A stretch of 64,000 bases of DNA from Raillietiella orientalis. Taxonomy: Eukaryota. Below are positions 39,781 to 52,491 of the stretch, one piece after another (positions within the stretch are counted from its first letter, which is position 1; each line of letters begins with the position of its first letter). The notes below the pieces were generated by a model, which had not been told where the DNA came from, did not search any database, and was given only the letters and a program-made list of their open reading frames with translations. A program made the position numbers and the translations under genes. The stretch spans positions 806,001 to 870,000 of the forward strand of contig JAYWIR010000048.1 in assembly GCA_036172245.1 (NCBI GenBank), given 5' to 3'.

Positions 39781-41530
39781 TTGTATCCCCTTCCAGCATT
39801 TATTTTCCAGATGGTGGCTCCATAGCAGCAACCCTTCGAATGGCAGCTAACGGTATCATTTCTTGTGAAGAGCGACTGTATCGTTTGCGCCTTTGAGTCG
39901 TCGTTCGTGTTCTTCTGCTTGACGGCTAAGAGGAAGGAAGGGTTTCGAATTTTGCTTACTTGATCAAAAGGCCTTTTCTTCTCATGCAGTCTTGGTTATC
40001 ACAAGTATCAACGAACGCAGTTTCGAAGGTGAGCATTTCAAAAGCCCTTGAGGACTCGCTCAATCTTTTCCGGAATCAGCTTACACGAGCATGGCGGCAC
40101 CCCATTGTCCACGGCAATCTTCTACTAGGACGAGGAATTCGATTCCGTTCTTCTTTCCTCGGATGTTCCCTTGTTCCGACTCCATCAGAGTCGTGATCTA
40201 CCCGAAACTGGAATTCCAGCAAGCCTCTGATGGCCTCCCCGTTGTCCGCTGCCCCCATGTTGTTGCACCGCGAGAAATGAGGATCTTCGAGTACTTTATG
40301 GTAACTCTTTGCTAGGAAAATGGCCAAATCGACTAAATCGACCATGCAGCGCCATCTGAAAAGTGAGGCAAAACGAGACCAGAAGGAGATCTAGGATCGA
40401 AGTCCTCTTTTCTTTTCATTCTTTTGGTGTTCCATTCGGGTCGGGACTCCCTCCTCAGGCACGGTTCGATTTTTTGCCTTCCAGCTTTGCTTTTAGCTCA
40501 CCGAGGAAACGTGCACCTTTGAAGGCTTTTTCTGGATTCGGAGGGAGGAGTGCAAATGAAGATCCAGCTTCGCCTCACAATGAAGAACGTGGGGACCAGC
40601 GTCATTCCGGTATTCCACACCACGGTCCGAAGGGGGCATCTGCCCGTTTCTCGACGACTCGAGTTTTCGAATTGAGGGCGCGGATTTCAGAACCTACCAT
40701 CAACTCTTCGTCAGCGCTGAGGAAGTGGCGAGATGCCTTTAGATGAAGGTTTCGTGCAACTTGGCAGCCTCGAGATGAAAACGAAGGTCAGTACAGTTCA
40801 AGATGAATCATTTGCTGTGTTTCGCCTTCCACCATTTTACTCATCATTTCCATGTCAGATGACATGACCTGTTGTGTTGAAAACAGTCTGAAAGCCTCGA
40901 CTCCTCTCTCGCTTGTCTCACTTGTCGTTTAGCGTATCTTTACGATGTTCTGGTTCTAGCTTCTGAGATTCTGGAAATCTTTGCGTCCATGGCACGGTTT
41001 CGTTTCCTCGGTAGCGTGTGGGACGTGCGTTTCTTTAATTATCGCAGTGCATCTCGCAAAGCCCACTTCAGCCATCATCTGTTCCCGCTCTTATTGTTTT
41101 CCATCGTCGGCACCGGGAAGAACGATTTTCCCCCCTGTCATAAGCTGCAGCTGATGCTTTAAACTTCTGTGAGATTATTGGTTTCTTAGCCACTTCTTGT
41201 ACCACGGTGATTCCAAAGGAGGACCACTCTCTCCTCCCTGCTTACTTCTCCTTCCACCCTTCTACCGTGAGCTGCGCTTTGAAAGTTTTGCGGTGCCACT
41301 CTGGCCAGTGGAATCCGCGTGCGCCGAGAAGTCCTGCCGAGGAAATCGCCTTCCCGACTTTTGGAACTCGAATACGCGGCTTTCCCTGGAATTCGCTCTG
41401 TTCCGGGAGAGGTGCGCCGCGCACTTGGAGCCTCTCGTGGAAGCGACTTGAACGGGACAGTCCGTCGCCATTGCTGATTTAAAATCACCATACGATCGAG
41501 GGTCAAGATTTGCGTAGGCCGTGACTGAAG

Positions 41531-41886
41531 GCCTGGGGCAGCTCCATGACACCACGGCAACCAGTAACGCTGTAAACCAGCGTCCATGATGCCCGTGGTC
41601 TCTGCTATTCCTCTGCCGCGGTAGGTGTTCGGGACGATGCCGCCATGTCCCACACTCAGAAAGATGATGGTCGCCAGCCACATGGTGTTCAGCAGGTTCG
41701 CGTCGTGGTATATCTCTGGCACTGCCTGAGCGTCCACGCCTCAATGATCCACAGGGACACCATGAAGACGAGGAGGACGGTGCCGAAGCAGATGGTCATG
41801 AGAGTCTTCAGTACGAAGCGCGTGTTGATGCGGTTGAGGGCTCCGATGCTGCGCGAGGAGGCGCCGGTGAAGAGTTTGCTGTGCAC
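41531..41886 (-). pseudogene. SK: Disabled, intronless fragment of a small-conductance Ca2+-activated K+ channel (SK/KCNN): S4-S5 linker, S5, pore, S6
   Basis: [57 protein letters not shown] / [45 protein letters not shown] / TALLVAVVS closely follows arthropod SK; two frameshifts, small deletions, pore GY/FGD changed to GHGG. Confidence 0.92.
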
Positions 41887-42496
41887 ACCACACAAAATAT
41901 TGTCCCGCGTGGAGCGGATTCTTCCATTCTCATTATCTATCAATACCGTGGTCTTAGAGCCATCTCTGCGGGAAGATTTCCCACGCGATGAGGTATTAAG
42001 CTGCACACCGCTGCTGCCGTAATCGCAAATACTCCAAGAAAAAAACGTGGAACATGTTTTACTACACTGGCTACATTCGTAAGGCTTGGCAGCTTTTACG
42101 GAAAGGAATCCAAGAGGAAGCGTTCCAGAACACCGCTGATTTCTCGGCTCACTGTCCAACACAGGAAAGGGGGGTTCTGGCAGAGCGCGAAGCCCCATGA
42201 GAAGCCCGATGGCTATCTCTGGCTGATTCGATGAGTCGAGATCTTCACGATGAGGAGCAGCTCCGCTTCGCGAATTCCCGACTTTACGAATCACTGGCAT
42301 TTTCTGTTTCTTTGCTCTGCGAGCACGGCACAAAGGCTGGAAAACCACGCGTTGTGAATAGACCACCGAGCCTTGCTCCACCCGCTCGATTCGTGGCAGT
42401 AGGTGAATGTCCTCAGATGCAGCAGCAAACAGAAAATCCATAGAGATTGTGAGTGACTTGACAGGATAGACGACTGCAATGGATCGCATTCCCTAC

Positions 42497-43392
42497 GATT
42501 GCCCTCTGGTAAGCAATGACGGCAGCCAACCGGCGGGGTGGGAGTTCTCCTGCAACATTGCTGGAGTCGAGAAACTCCTGGACGGCTGCAAGACGAGCGA
42601 GTTGGCTGGTGGACGGCGCCACTCCTCGTTTCCGGGCAAAGGGAGTCCTTCGGTGGAGTGACCTGCTTGGTGTGTCCCCACGTAGAACTCGTGGTCCCTC
42701 CCCCGTGCGTGGACACCTCCGTGTCCCCGCTCCAGTGGAAAAAGGATGTTACGCTGTTTCTGCACTGAGGCTTCCCGTGCAGCCAGCGCAGCCACCTGGT
42801 TTCCGGAGGAACTACTTCCTGCACCGTTCAAGGTACGAGGCGATGGGATCCCTCCCTCACCTCCCTTGGACTGCAATGCCCTGGAGCGCATGTGGCGAAG
42901 ACTCGCTTCGGCGCTCGGTCGACCGCAGGACATTGCTTTGGACTTGCTGCGACGCTTCTTCATCGGTGGCGGGCTGAAGAAGAGCGCCGTGGTCGCAACA
43001 ACCATGACGGCCCACCACGTGCTGGAGTCAGGTTTGATAGCAAAGATAGGCCACCAGCGTGGCAGCAGCCCTCATGAGGACAGCAGCAAGGTGGCCTCAA
43101 ATCTGCCAGAAGAGTTTGCCAAGGGGATTGCCACCGTCCAGAGTTGCTTCTAAGAGTGAAGAAAAGTCTTCAACCAAAGACCTGCGTCCCCTTCCTTCTG
43201 TTTTTTTTTTATTTACTCATTGTCCTCTCCCTCCGTTCCCTGCTTTTTAAAAGCCGGCTTGCGTGCCGATGGTTATCCCGGATGAACTTCCTTTTTTTTC
43301 TGGCATTTCCCGTTTTTGAGGGGTTCGTTTCTTCCCCTCTTCCCTGTAGTTTGTTTGTTTCGAAATAAAGGTCCCGGCGTCACCGGGTAAAA
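42497..43392 (+). mobile_element. 5'-truncated family-A1 element, direct paralogue of 12302-13165
   Basis: Same C-terminal peptide DCNALERMWRRLASALGRPQD...QSCF*; AATAAA at 43364 and perfect cccgg-cgtca-ccggg hairpin followed by taaaa. Confidence 0.85.
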
Positions 43393-45329
43393 TACGAAAA
43401 GTGGAACCACTGCCTGTCACGCCGGTTAGGAATGCCGCGAAATCCATCCCGCTAAGGGTTTTAGTCCTCTCTTCCCTACCCTCGTCAAGGGTGAACCGTG
43501 AGCGTACTGATTCACCACTACGATTGGCTTGTTCGTACAGATTTTATCCAGTACAGACAGTAATCTGGAAGGTGTTTCCTTTGTGCTGACCGCCACTTTA
43601 CATGAATTCACCACATTCATTCTCAAAATATCCCATCTGACCTTCCACGTCTCAAGTTTGGATGAAGAAGACAAGACGTTAACTTTAGCATCCTCCTGAG
43701 AAAATCTCCTGGGAAATCTCTTTTAAGGGAATCCTAGAATCTCGCACGACATTCCTACGCTGCCATCACGGATGCGATGTGTTCGCCTTTCCTTTTGCAT
43801 CCTTCGTTCACCCCGAGTGGAGTAATTTGTCATTCTCTCGCTCCAGAAAATCAGGATGTACTTCTATGGTCGCAAGGTGAACCAGCGTAGAAGAAGCTTC
43901 ACAAACAAAGCGCGCTTTTTCTCCTGCGTTCCGACAGGTGAAAGGTGCGTCTTCATTTTCATTCGGGAATCGCAAATTGCTACCATAAGAGTGATTTGTT
44001 TCCCAGCGAAAACTGTTGTGACAGATTTGCGAAAGTTGGAAGACATCATCCCAGCTTCCTTCCTTCAAAATGGATCCGGCTCTGCGGGTTTCCATGCAGT
44101 TAAAATTACGGATTGCTGCAGTTCATCACCATCCCGCTATTCGTAGCAGAAGGACTTTCGTCTGCTGCTTCCAGCTGAAGGATGGCATAACTCAGGTCTT
44201 CAGAGAAATCGAATGATGATTTACGAGCGAATGTGGCGCTTGTCAGGAACAAAACTTGAGCAGGCTGACCTTGAGCTTCTCCCGTGGAGCTCATGCGGCT
44301 GGAAAGTTCATCTAGGTTTCATCTCGAGCATGCCGAAACTTGAGGAGCTCGGTGTGTTTCACTTTCTTGCATGGCTGTTCTTCTGTAGCACTAATCACCT
44401 CCAGCTCCACGAGTTTTTTTCTTTTCTCTCCAGAAGCAGTTCTGTTTCAATTTGGGCGTAGAAGAAAATTCCAATAGGGACCAAAGAGAGAAGAACGTCG
44501 TTCCGGGAAGTAAAATGTTCCACGGAATCGACCAAAATAACTGGCAACCATATGGATAAGCAAAGCATCTCCTTCCTGTTGATCCCGTGAGTTTCTCTGA
44601 CACCTAAGAAGGACACCCAAAGAAAATTTCTGTTCCGTGTACTTTTCTTTGTGCAGTTGGTGCGCCGTCTTCGAAAGCGCGCTGTACCACTCGGATTTTG
44701 TGCTCCGCGAGTGATGATTTTGCACGCTGCTTTATTCGAGATCATTCCATTCCTTCCTTTCCTCTTTGATTTTATGACACGGTGTCGAGCGAATGTTTTG
44801 CTGAGGGTGCGCTGTGCTCTTGGAAAGCGTCAGCGCTTCGGTCTTGCTCTGGCATGGAACCAGGTCCAACTCCAGAGACTCCACCTATACATTTTTTTTT
44901 TTTGCGCTTCCAGCCTCCTCGAAGTACCATCGCATTGCCGAATGTCCTCTGAGCGAACGATCACTACGATCGCTCTGCAAGCTGTCCTGCCACCTGCACC
45001 AGCTGGGTCAGGTTGCCATCTTCTGACCCGAGTGCAAGGGATCGCCTGGTACCTGCGTCATGTTGGAATTTGCCATCCATCGGTTGACAGCAGTGTGTAA
45101 ATCACTGCTCTCCGTTCTCTACCGGAATCTATAAAGTTACTGGAGAGGCATCCTCACGTATTAAGCTGACACCTTCTGAATGAGGAAAGACAGACCATCC
45201 GATTGCTCCGTCAAAAGCAGGCTGTGATCATCCGAGAAATCTTTGAAATCCGTCGGAATAAAATGCGTTGATGATCCCATTTTTTTTTCTTCTTTTTCTT
45301 GAGCTCTTCGGAACAAGCACGGCTAGGCA

Positions 45330-45445
45330 CAGACCTCTAACTCCATCCAGTGCAAATCACCATAGGCCACTTCTAAATAGGATGCCAATCTAAGACCATC
45401 ATCTTCACGCAGATACATTAATAAAATACGAATGATGCGAGGCGA
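45330..45445 (-). pseudogene. Possible Death-fold domain relic
   Basis: ILLMYLREDDGLRLASYLEVAYGDLHWMELE has the spacing of Death-domain helices 1-3; a stop follows. Pattern similarity only. Confidence 0.2.
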
Positions 45446-48400
45446 AGCGAGAGGTTCACGAAATAAGAAAAGAAGGGAGCGCTCTCGAAAATGCAGAGTT
45501 TGGACCACATTTCAAATCAATGATGGAGTGGTGCTTATGTGAGTTCGGAGGCTTCCTCAAACCGCTGCTGTCCTAAGGACAACAGAACGGAAATAGATGC
45601 TCGAAATCGAGTATGTTCCTATTCTCTTGCATTTTGCACGGCTCCAGAAACAATCTCCGGGAGGATGCTAGACTAAATGCCTCTAGGGTTTTACAATGTA
45701 GCTGGACTTTTCGAGAATGAAAACCCTGCAACCTTCCTTGAAGAACACCTCGCTCGTATCTTGGAGCTGAAAGGCATTGGAGTATATAGCATTTCCTCGT
45801 ACTTGCTTCATGTTACATTAGCCCTCAATCCAATAAGATTGAACTATCCAGGAGTGAACCCCAAAAAGTTCATTTCTTATAAATCTCGTAATCAGATTCC
45901 AGTTTCTCTCAGTTGGACTTTTTTGGTCACAGTTCATCGTATTGCCATCATTACTCTGCCATTACTCAAAGATCAAAAGGGAAGGCGGAAATGCAGACAG
46001 GAAATATGAACACTGATCTGTTGACGTTTCATCTTCCAGAACTCCACCATCGAGTACTCCACGCTTTCTTGGATCTTTTGTGATGATTTGCAAATTGGAA
46101 TTCCTTTGATTTCCTTCAGAACTTCCCCCATTGGGCTCGATTTCTTCCCGTTCGACTCATGGGGGGAAATCCAGGAACTTTCCTGGGAAAGCTCACGCCC
46201 CAATACGGCAACCAGGGACGTACCCTGAGAAATTCTGCATCTTCTGGATGGGAAAATGTTATTCTTTTTCATTAAGAGCTTTTGCGTGAACGTGACTTCC
46301 TTATCGTTCTTACCGGAAGTCCATTGGTCAAACGTTGGGTTGATCAATGACGTCTGGAAAATGCATCAATTGAGAACACCCGAGGAGGATGCCTAACAAC
46401 CAGATTGAAATAGTGAGGACCAGAAGGCTCACAATGGGGATTTCGTACCCGAAATAAAATTCCGCTCTCTGAAAAATCAGCAGGGGCACAGAGCTCTTGT
46501 CTTCCATGAGAAAGAGTGGTTCCCTCTTTTTGAAGAAGAATGCCGTGTTCCCTCAGTAGTGAGCATTCTTTTCCCTTTTCAAGAGCACGTGCTTTGCTGC
46601 TCCTTTAGTACTACAGATGAGACGTGTTCGATCCTCCGTGTCGCTTTTTCTTCCTCGATTCTGCGACTAAATGATAGCAGCAGTGCAGCGGATATGAAAC
46701 TGATGTGTCGCCTCTGGGCGCTCCATCCTTAGGAATTCACAGAACCTTCTCTTTCTTTCACAACCTCATTGCAATATTTCCTTCAATTTTGCCTCACCAA
46801 GATCTAAAAAAAAAAAAAAATCAAAATCTTGGAGTTTGGATCCATCACATCGATCCTTTTCTTTTTCCGTGTCGACTTTCCGAAATTCCCCTTTCCACCC
46901 GTGCAACGCCCTTCGTGGCTTTGGCAGCTTCCAGTTTCAAGATTTTAAGGCTTTTCTTCCCTTTGGGAAACCCCGCTCCCATGTGAGGAGCATTCTTCTC
47001 TCAGACTAACAAACCTTTGTCATTTGTCACGATTTCTGCATTGGAAATGCATTCAGAGTATTCATCCACGCGCCTCCCAACTCCAAGATGTGCTTCCCTC
47101 CTTGGGAAACAACTCGGGAACTCGCGAAAGTCTTACAGAGTCCCTTATCATGGGCACATCTGATGCCGTAGGTGGTCTCCAAGAAAGGTTTCGAAACGAA
47201 AAGCACCTTAAAGATCTGCTTTTGCGCGAAGCAACAGGTTTCCCATAAATGGGATCACAGGAAAGGAACTTGACTGGTTTGTCGCTGCTGCTTTCCAGAC
47301 GGATTTCAGCAGTAGGCACGCACCCGCAAACTTCCTGCAATCTTCCTGTCCCTTCTCATCGTATCAGCAGAAGACATGGAGGCACACGTGGAATAATTGG
47401 CTCGCACCGTCACTCGCAGCCGTGCCGAGTGCTCCATCGTGCTGCTGCCTGCCTGAATCTCTCCTTCATTCCGTGGATCTGCTGTGTGCTAGCGTGCACA
47501 GTCTGGACCAGGAGTGGTGTGGTGCCACAGGATTGGGAAATCCGGGATTCCAAGATCCACATTCCGGTAAAAGGATGTTCCACAGCTGCATTCGGAGCAG
47601 CTCAGCCTTTTGCAGTGAAAGTTCCTCTCCTCCTCTTTTATTTTTTAGAAAAAAAAAAAAAAATTTGCAATGGTTCAGAAGCCATGAAAACGGCCGATTT
47701 CAACCGGTCATCGTGCTTGCCACATGCAAGTGGCACCACCCGCATTCGCACCACCGGATGTGAGCTCCGTTTCAGCCTCATCCTCACCTGCATTCACAAA
47801 CCGACTGACAAGACTCCATTTTTCTTGTTTCCCTATCATTTCTGAGCGACCATTCGCCCGAATTTGCCCTTGAGCGTCGCCAGCAGGCTTCAAGGTGGCT
47901 GCGGTGTTCCAGTGAGCAGTGAGATGTTCCCATGTGCATTCCTGTCATCGGTTGCACGCACAACATTTTTCCATCGTACCGTCGATTCTAAAAAGACAGG
48001 CAGATGAAGGCGGAAGTTTCAGCCATATTGCTCTACTGCTCATTCTATTCTGCCTTTCTTCTTCCAGCGCGTTGCTGGAAGCCGTGAGGTTTGAGACTTC
48101 CAGTGCGAGGCGTCCTGCAGAGAAATGCCCTCCGGTCGAGTCCAGCAGCATGGGTAAATCTGCAGTCTGGGAATCGAAGGTGTCCGCCTCTGATGGGGGA
48201 CACGGATGCTGTGAAGGCAAGCGATGTACACCCCCACCCCTTTCCCTCTGGAGCAATAGGTCGGGTTTTGGGACCCGACGTGTTTCCAGGATGCTCTGGC
48301 CGGGGGGGCTACCAACTGGCCGTGTTTCGGGGCAGAGAGCTCTTTGATAGCTCTTTCACTCAAAATTCAAATCGAGTTCCGCGATTTTCTTTCGAGAATC

Positions 48401-48962
48401 CGAGCTCAAAATCCAGTGCACCACCATCGCCTGGCGATTCCATGAAATGAGCTGCCAGCAGTTTCCGCGGGACTCGCCAGAAACGACAACTCTCTGGAAC
48501 AATGGCGGCTGGATGGAACTTTCTCGAAGAAATCTTCACTGACTGATTCCCTGGTGAGTGAATATCCGTCCTGGGACTGGATTCCTGGAGGAAGAGACAA
48601 ACTGAGGAAAGAATGTTCGAGTCCTCTGTGAAGACCATCTAAGGGAGCGCTGACTTCAAGATTTACCGGTACACGAACAAGGAGGATAGTGATTTTTCCA
48701 ACGGGGGAGCAGTGAGGCTGGAGGATAGTCTTTTGATTTTCCAGAACGCCATTACGACTCCTGTGGCATTACATGGGATTTTCTCATAAATGCTTTGAGA
48801 GAACGGAAGAATAATAGTTGTACGAGGCCCAAAATAGCAACTCTAAGAATACACTCGCTATTTATTGATGAAATCATCTCTGAATTAATGATGAATGGTA
48901 CTGCAAGAGGTTTCCATATCTACATGTACGCTGTTTGGGAAGGCTGCCGTGCCGATTCTTAG

Positions 48963-49240
48963 AAGGAGATGGAAAAACTGGAAAGTCAAGACGCTGGGGA
49001 CAAGAAACGACCAAGTCAACAGGAAGGGATTGAATCACTTCAGAATCAAAAGGAAAATCCTCGATCTACAAAAGGTAAACAGCCTTCGGAACTTTTCGCC
49101 GTGAGTCAACTCGACTCCCTTCTCAACGAAATCAGAGGACGAAATTCTTTCAGGATCAGCGTCCAGGAAGGAGAAGCCCCCGACAACCCAGGGTTTCCTC
49201 TGGGTAGGAAGAAAAACGTGAAGTTTGGAGCATCTCAAAG
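48963..49240 (+). CDS. Candidate host exon of unknown protein
   Basis: Open frame with protein-like composition (KEMEKLESQDAGDKK...LDSLLNEIRGRNSFRISVQEG...) bounded by ttcttag and aag|gtgacc; ends in phase 2, compatible with the ttctcag acceptor at 49581. Confidence 0.3.
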
Positions 49241-50819
49241 GTGACCCACACAACCTCAGATGCATATCTTTAGGAATCACCGGGAAAAAAACAAACAAAG
49301 GAAGTACAAAGCGCCGCGAAGGTCCTGGCTTCTCCTCATCCTTGCATGATGGAAAGCAGCATCTGACGCGTGCGTGTCTTCTCGAAAAAAGAAGAAGAAG
49401 AAAAAAAAAAAAACACCAAGCAGAAGAAAACAAACCCTTTTTGAAAAGGTTGGTTTCTTAGCATGAATTCTACCTACTGTTGACTCCATAATCACGATGA
49501 ATATGGAAGATCGGAGCTCCGAAGACGAAATCATGAAAACCGTGCATGGGGTTTGCTTGGAGAAACCATGCTGTTTCTCAGCACTTCCTGGATGCAGGCG
49601 GAGGAAGCTCAGATCAAGGACTTTGCGATCCAAGAAAACGCTCTGCATCACGAAGAACAAGTCTTCCACACGACGTCCATGAGCAGAGCCAAAGATGCAC
49701 GTGGTCAATCACAGAATGCCAGCTGCTCATTCCTCCTCATGCATTTAAAACGGACTGATAATGAACTCTTTATCATTTGTGAGCAGCACCTGAATTATCA
49801 AGCGCGACGAGCTGTCTTGCGGTCTCTTAATTTACCAGCTTTTGCAGCTGTTAAATTGAACAAAGAATTACTGCCAGATTTTCCATCAGTGTGAAAACTT
49901 CGCACAGGACTTTGCTTTTCTTTTCATTCCGATACGAGCGACGTTTCCTTTATGGAAGGGTATATCGAAAAGGATAGCAGCATTTTTTCAACATCCGGGG
50001 ACTGCCAGCGTTGCTAGGAGATGCAAGGTTTCCCCACAGTAATGCCATTTTTTAATGAAGTCACCTAATGGATTTGACTGCCTGATTCCTCTCGTACGCC
50101 GTTCCATGGTGCCACTCTTGTTTTGATTTATTCCAAGAGCACATCCTCCTTCAGTATTAGTTGTTCCTCTGCCGTTTGTCCTTGAAATTCCTTCGTTTCT
50201 GTGGCTACTGGCTGTCAGGAGCAACGACACAGAACTTCGAGAAAGAGAATTTATCGTCACTTTTGTCCCGGCACACTTTTTTCCTTTACGTGAAATGGGA
50301 CTCTTTCGCTTACCCCATCTCTGAGAATACTTTTCCCAGTTACTTGGATCATCCCTGGAAAGGGCTGGAGATGTGCCGTTGCTGCTGCTCGCAGTGGCAA
50401 CCGTGTAGTGCAACTCCACGACGACTGCGCCGAGTTGAGCCCCGGAGTGCTTCTCTCAAACTCGGCTGAATATTTTACACCACGATCTAAAAATTGATGG
50501 GTGCGGAAGGTTCGCTGTAGGAGGCTTTCGGAAACGCTGGGTGGAAAAGGGGGTTTCATTCTCACGTCGCGGGGGTACGACCGGCAGAGGGGATACGACT
50601 CTAACAAGCTCGAAATGACGCCTACCCATTCAGTGAGGGGCGCGGGCCACATTCGCGGCAGAGAGGAGTCGTGCCAAACATTCCGCCTGTGCACAGCATC
50701 CTTTCAAGTGCTCCTGCATTGCGATGCTCGCGATTCATCTTCCTTCTGTCTCCCTGATTTCCTTCCACCTTCTTTTTTTTTTTTTTTTTCGGGTATCCTT
50801 TTTTTTTGGAGGGGCTCGC

Positions 50820-51330
50820 CGAGTGCTGAAGAACCGTTCGCCTCTTCGGGGAAGGTTTCCGGAATTCTCGAACGCCGTACACACCGCCCGGGGATGAGTG
50901 TGACCCCTGGAAATATAGGGGATGACCCCTTAGGGACCACCCTATGAATCCAAGAAGGGCTCCGGAAGGAGGAGTCCGTTTCTCTTAGCTTGGGAGGAAG
51001 CCCCGATGAGGTCCGTTCGTCATTTTCCTTCTTCAAAGGTAACCCAGAAAGGACGCTTCCCTGTCTCTCTGAAGGGAGGTTCCCCAAAGAGAGCAGCGCG
51101 CTTCTTGACACTCTGGAGAGGCATCATCAATCCACCAGCTCCAAGCTACGCGATGGAAGGTCATCCCCCGAGGGGGGGGGAGGAAGGAGAGCTCTATTTC
51201 CACACGAGAGAAGGAGCTCCGAAGGACTCCTTGATTCCTTGGAGGACCGCGGAGAACCGACCCTCCGATAATCCCGGCCAATCGATAGGGCATCCGGTTT
51301 GCCACCCTGTGGCAAAGAAGCAACCGAAGC
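50820..51330 (+). mobile_element. Decayed L1/Tx1-like fragment homologous to the reverse complement of 61790-62262
   Basis: gagtgctgaagaaccgttcg and tatgaatcca...ggagtccgtt match 62242-62262 and 62105-62145 in reverse complement. Confidence 0.6.
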
Positions 51331-51589
51331 CCCCTGCAGGCCAGCAGAGTCATCTTGAGGGGAGAAACACGACGCACTCCCGATTCCCGGAGTCGATCCT
51401 TCGCGTAGGGATTCGAACCCGCAACGTTCGCACCCCGCGGGGAGGCGGCAGCCGCCACATAGGCTCCAACGCAGACCATTTTTCTTTTATCACCCTTATA
51501 AACTGCATGCGATGGTGGCTCATTTCTTGATAAAAAGCCGCTGCCGCTGAGCGTCCGGCAGGTTCCGTTCTAAGAAAAGCATAGCGATG

Positions 51590-52491
51590 CGCCTGCAGGA
51601 TAGGAAGCACACTGAGAGATGACGGGAAAAAGAGGAGCAGCTGGGATGCTGGACGGTGCGTCAGCTGGCTGACGCATGTACCCCTGCCGCCCTTCCCAAA
51701 TTGGTGGTCTCTGGGTGGAGTCCCTGGATATTCCTCCCGAAGAAGCAGAAATCCCCCCAGGGCTTGCGGGCAGCTCCAGGCTCCCCCTGGAGGGGCAGGA
51801 CTCGGCATTGTTGCATCGGGCGATCCCATGCAACACACGAGTTTACCAGTGGACGAGAGGGAGCGTGGCCAGGAGAGGGGAACGGGAAACCTTCCTGCAC
51901 CTGTTGCTGGATTGTGTTGCCCTTCTGAGCGTCTGGGAACGCTTCGCTGCGGCCCTCCCACTCCCGATGGGCAACGGCAGAGAGGTTTCGCGGCGGTTCT
52001 TCGCGCGCGACGCGGTGTCGCCGGCAGCTTCTTCCCGTGCATCTCCGTGCCGCCTTCGCGGGATCGTGGCGGCGAGAAGCCGCGCCGAAAGAGGCCAGTC
52101 GAACGGTGACGTCATCGCAATCGTCTGCTCCTTCGTGAGGAAGGCGACGAGGCGGCCAACATAAGGAGGAAGCCGCAAGCATCCTTCAGAGGATGCCGAA
52201 GACGCCAGGAAGAAATTCCGTGATCCCTTTCCTTCTCCCCCACCCCTCCCCCGACAGTTTTTAAGCTGAACTTTAGGCTGCTGTTTTTTTTCTTTGTTTG
52301 TTTACCCCTTCCCCTACTCCTGTGCTGACCTCGTCAGGAGAGCTGATCACGAGAAGCAGCGCCTCCGAGGCTGCATTTCCCTTCTCAGTGCTGCTGCCCT
52401 GAAACCACGAAGGAAGACATCTTTATGTTTCATGCGACCGTTTTTCTTTTGCAACAGGTGCCCCGGCGTGACCGAGTGAAATAAAAAAAAA
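51590..52491 (+). mobile_element. 5'-truncated family-B element with the longest open ORF2 C-terminus in the window
   Basis: ORF 51676-52164: IPPEE...LLHRAIPCNTRVYQWTRGSV...ETFLHLLLDCVALLSVWERF...LRGIVAA; T-rich UTR; terminal ccccggcgtgaccgagtgaaataaaaaaaaa. Confidence 0.85.

Noticed and set aside
41689..42489. 266-aa ORF as an intact channel gene
   Set aside because: Only the last ~60 aa are SK-like; the rest is unrelated read-through, and the SK part is frameshifted.
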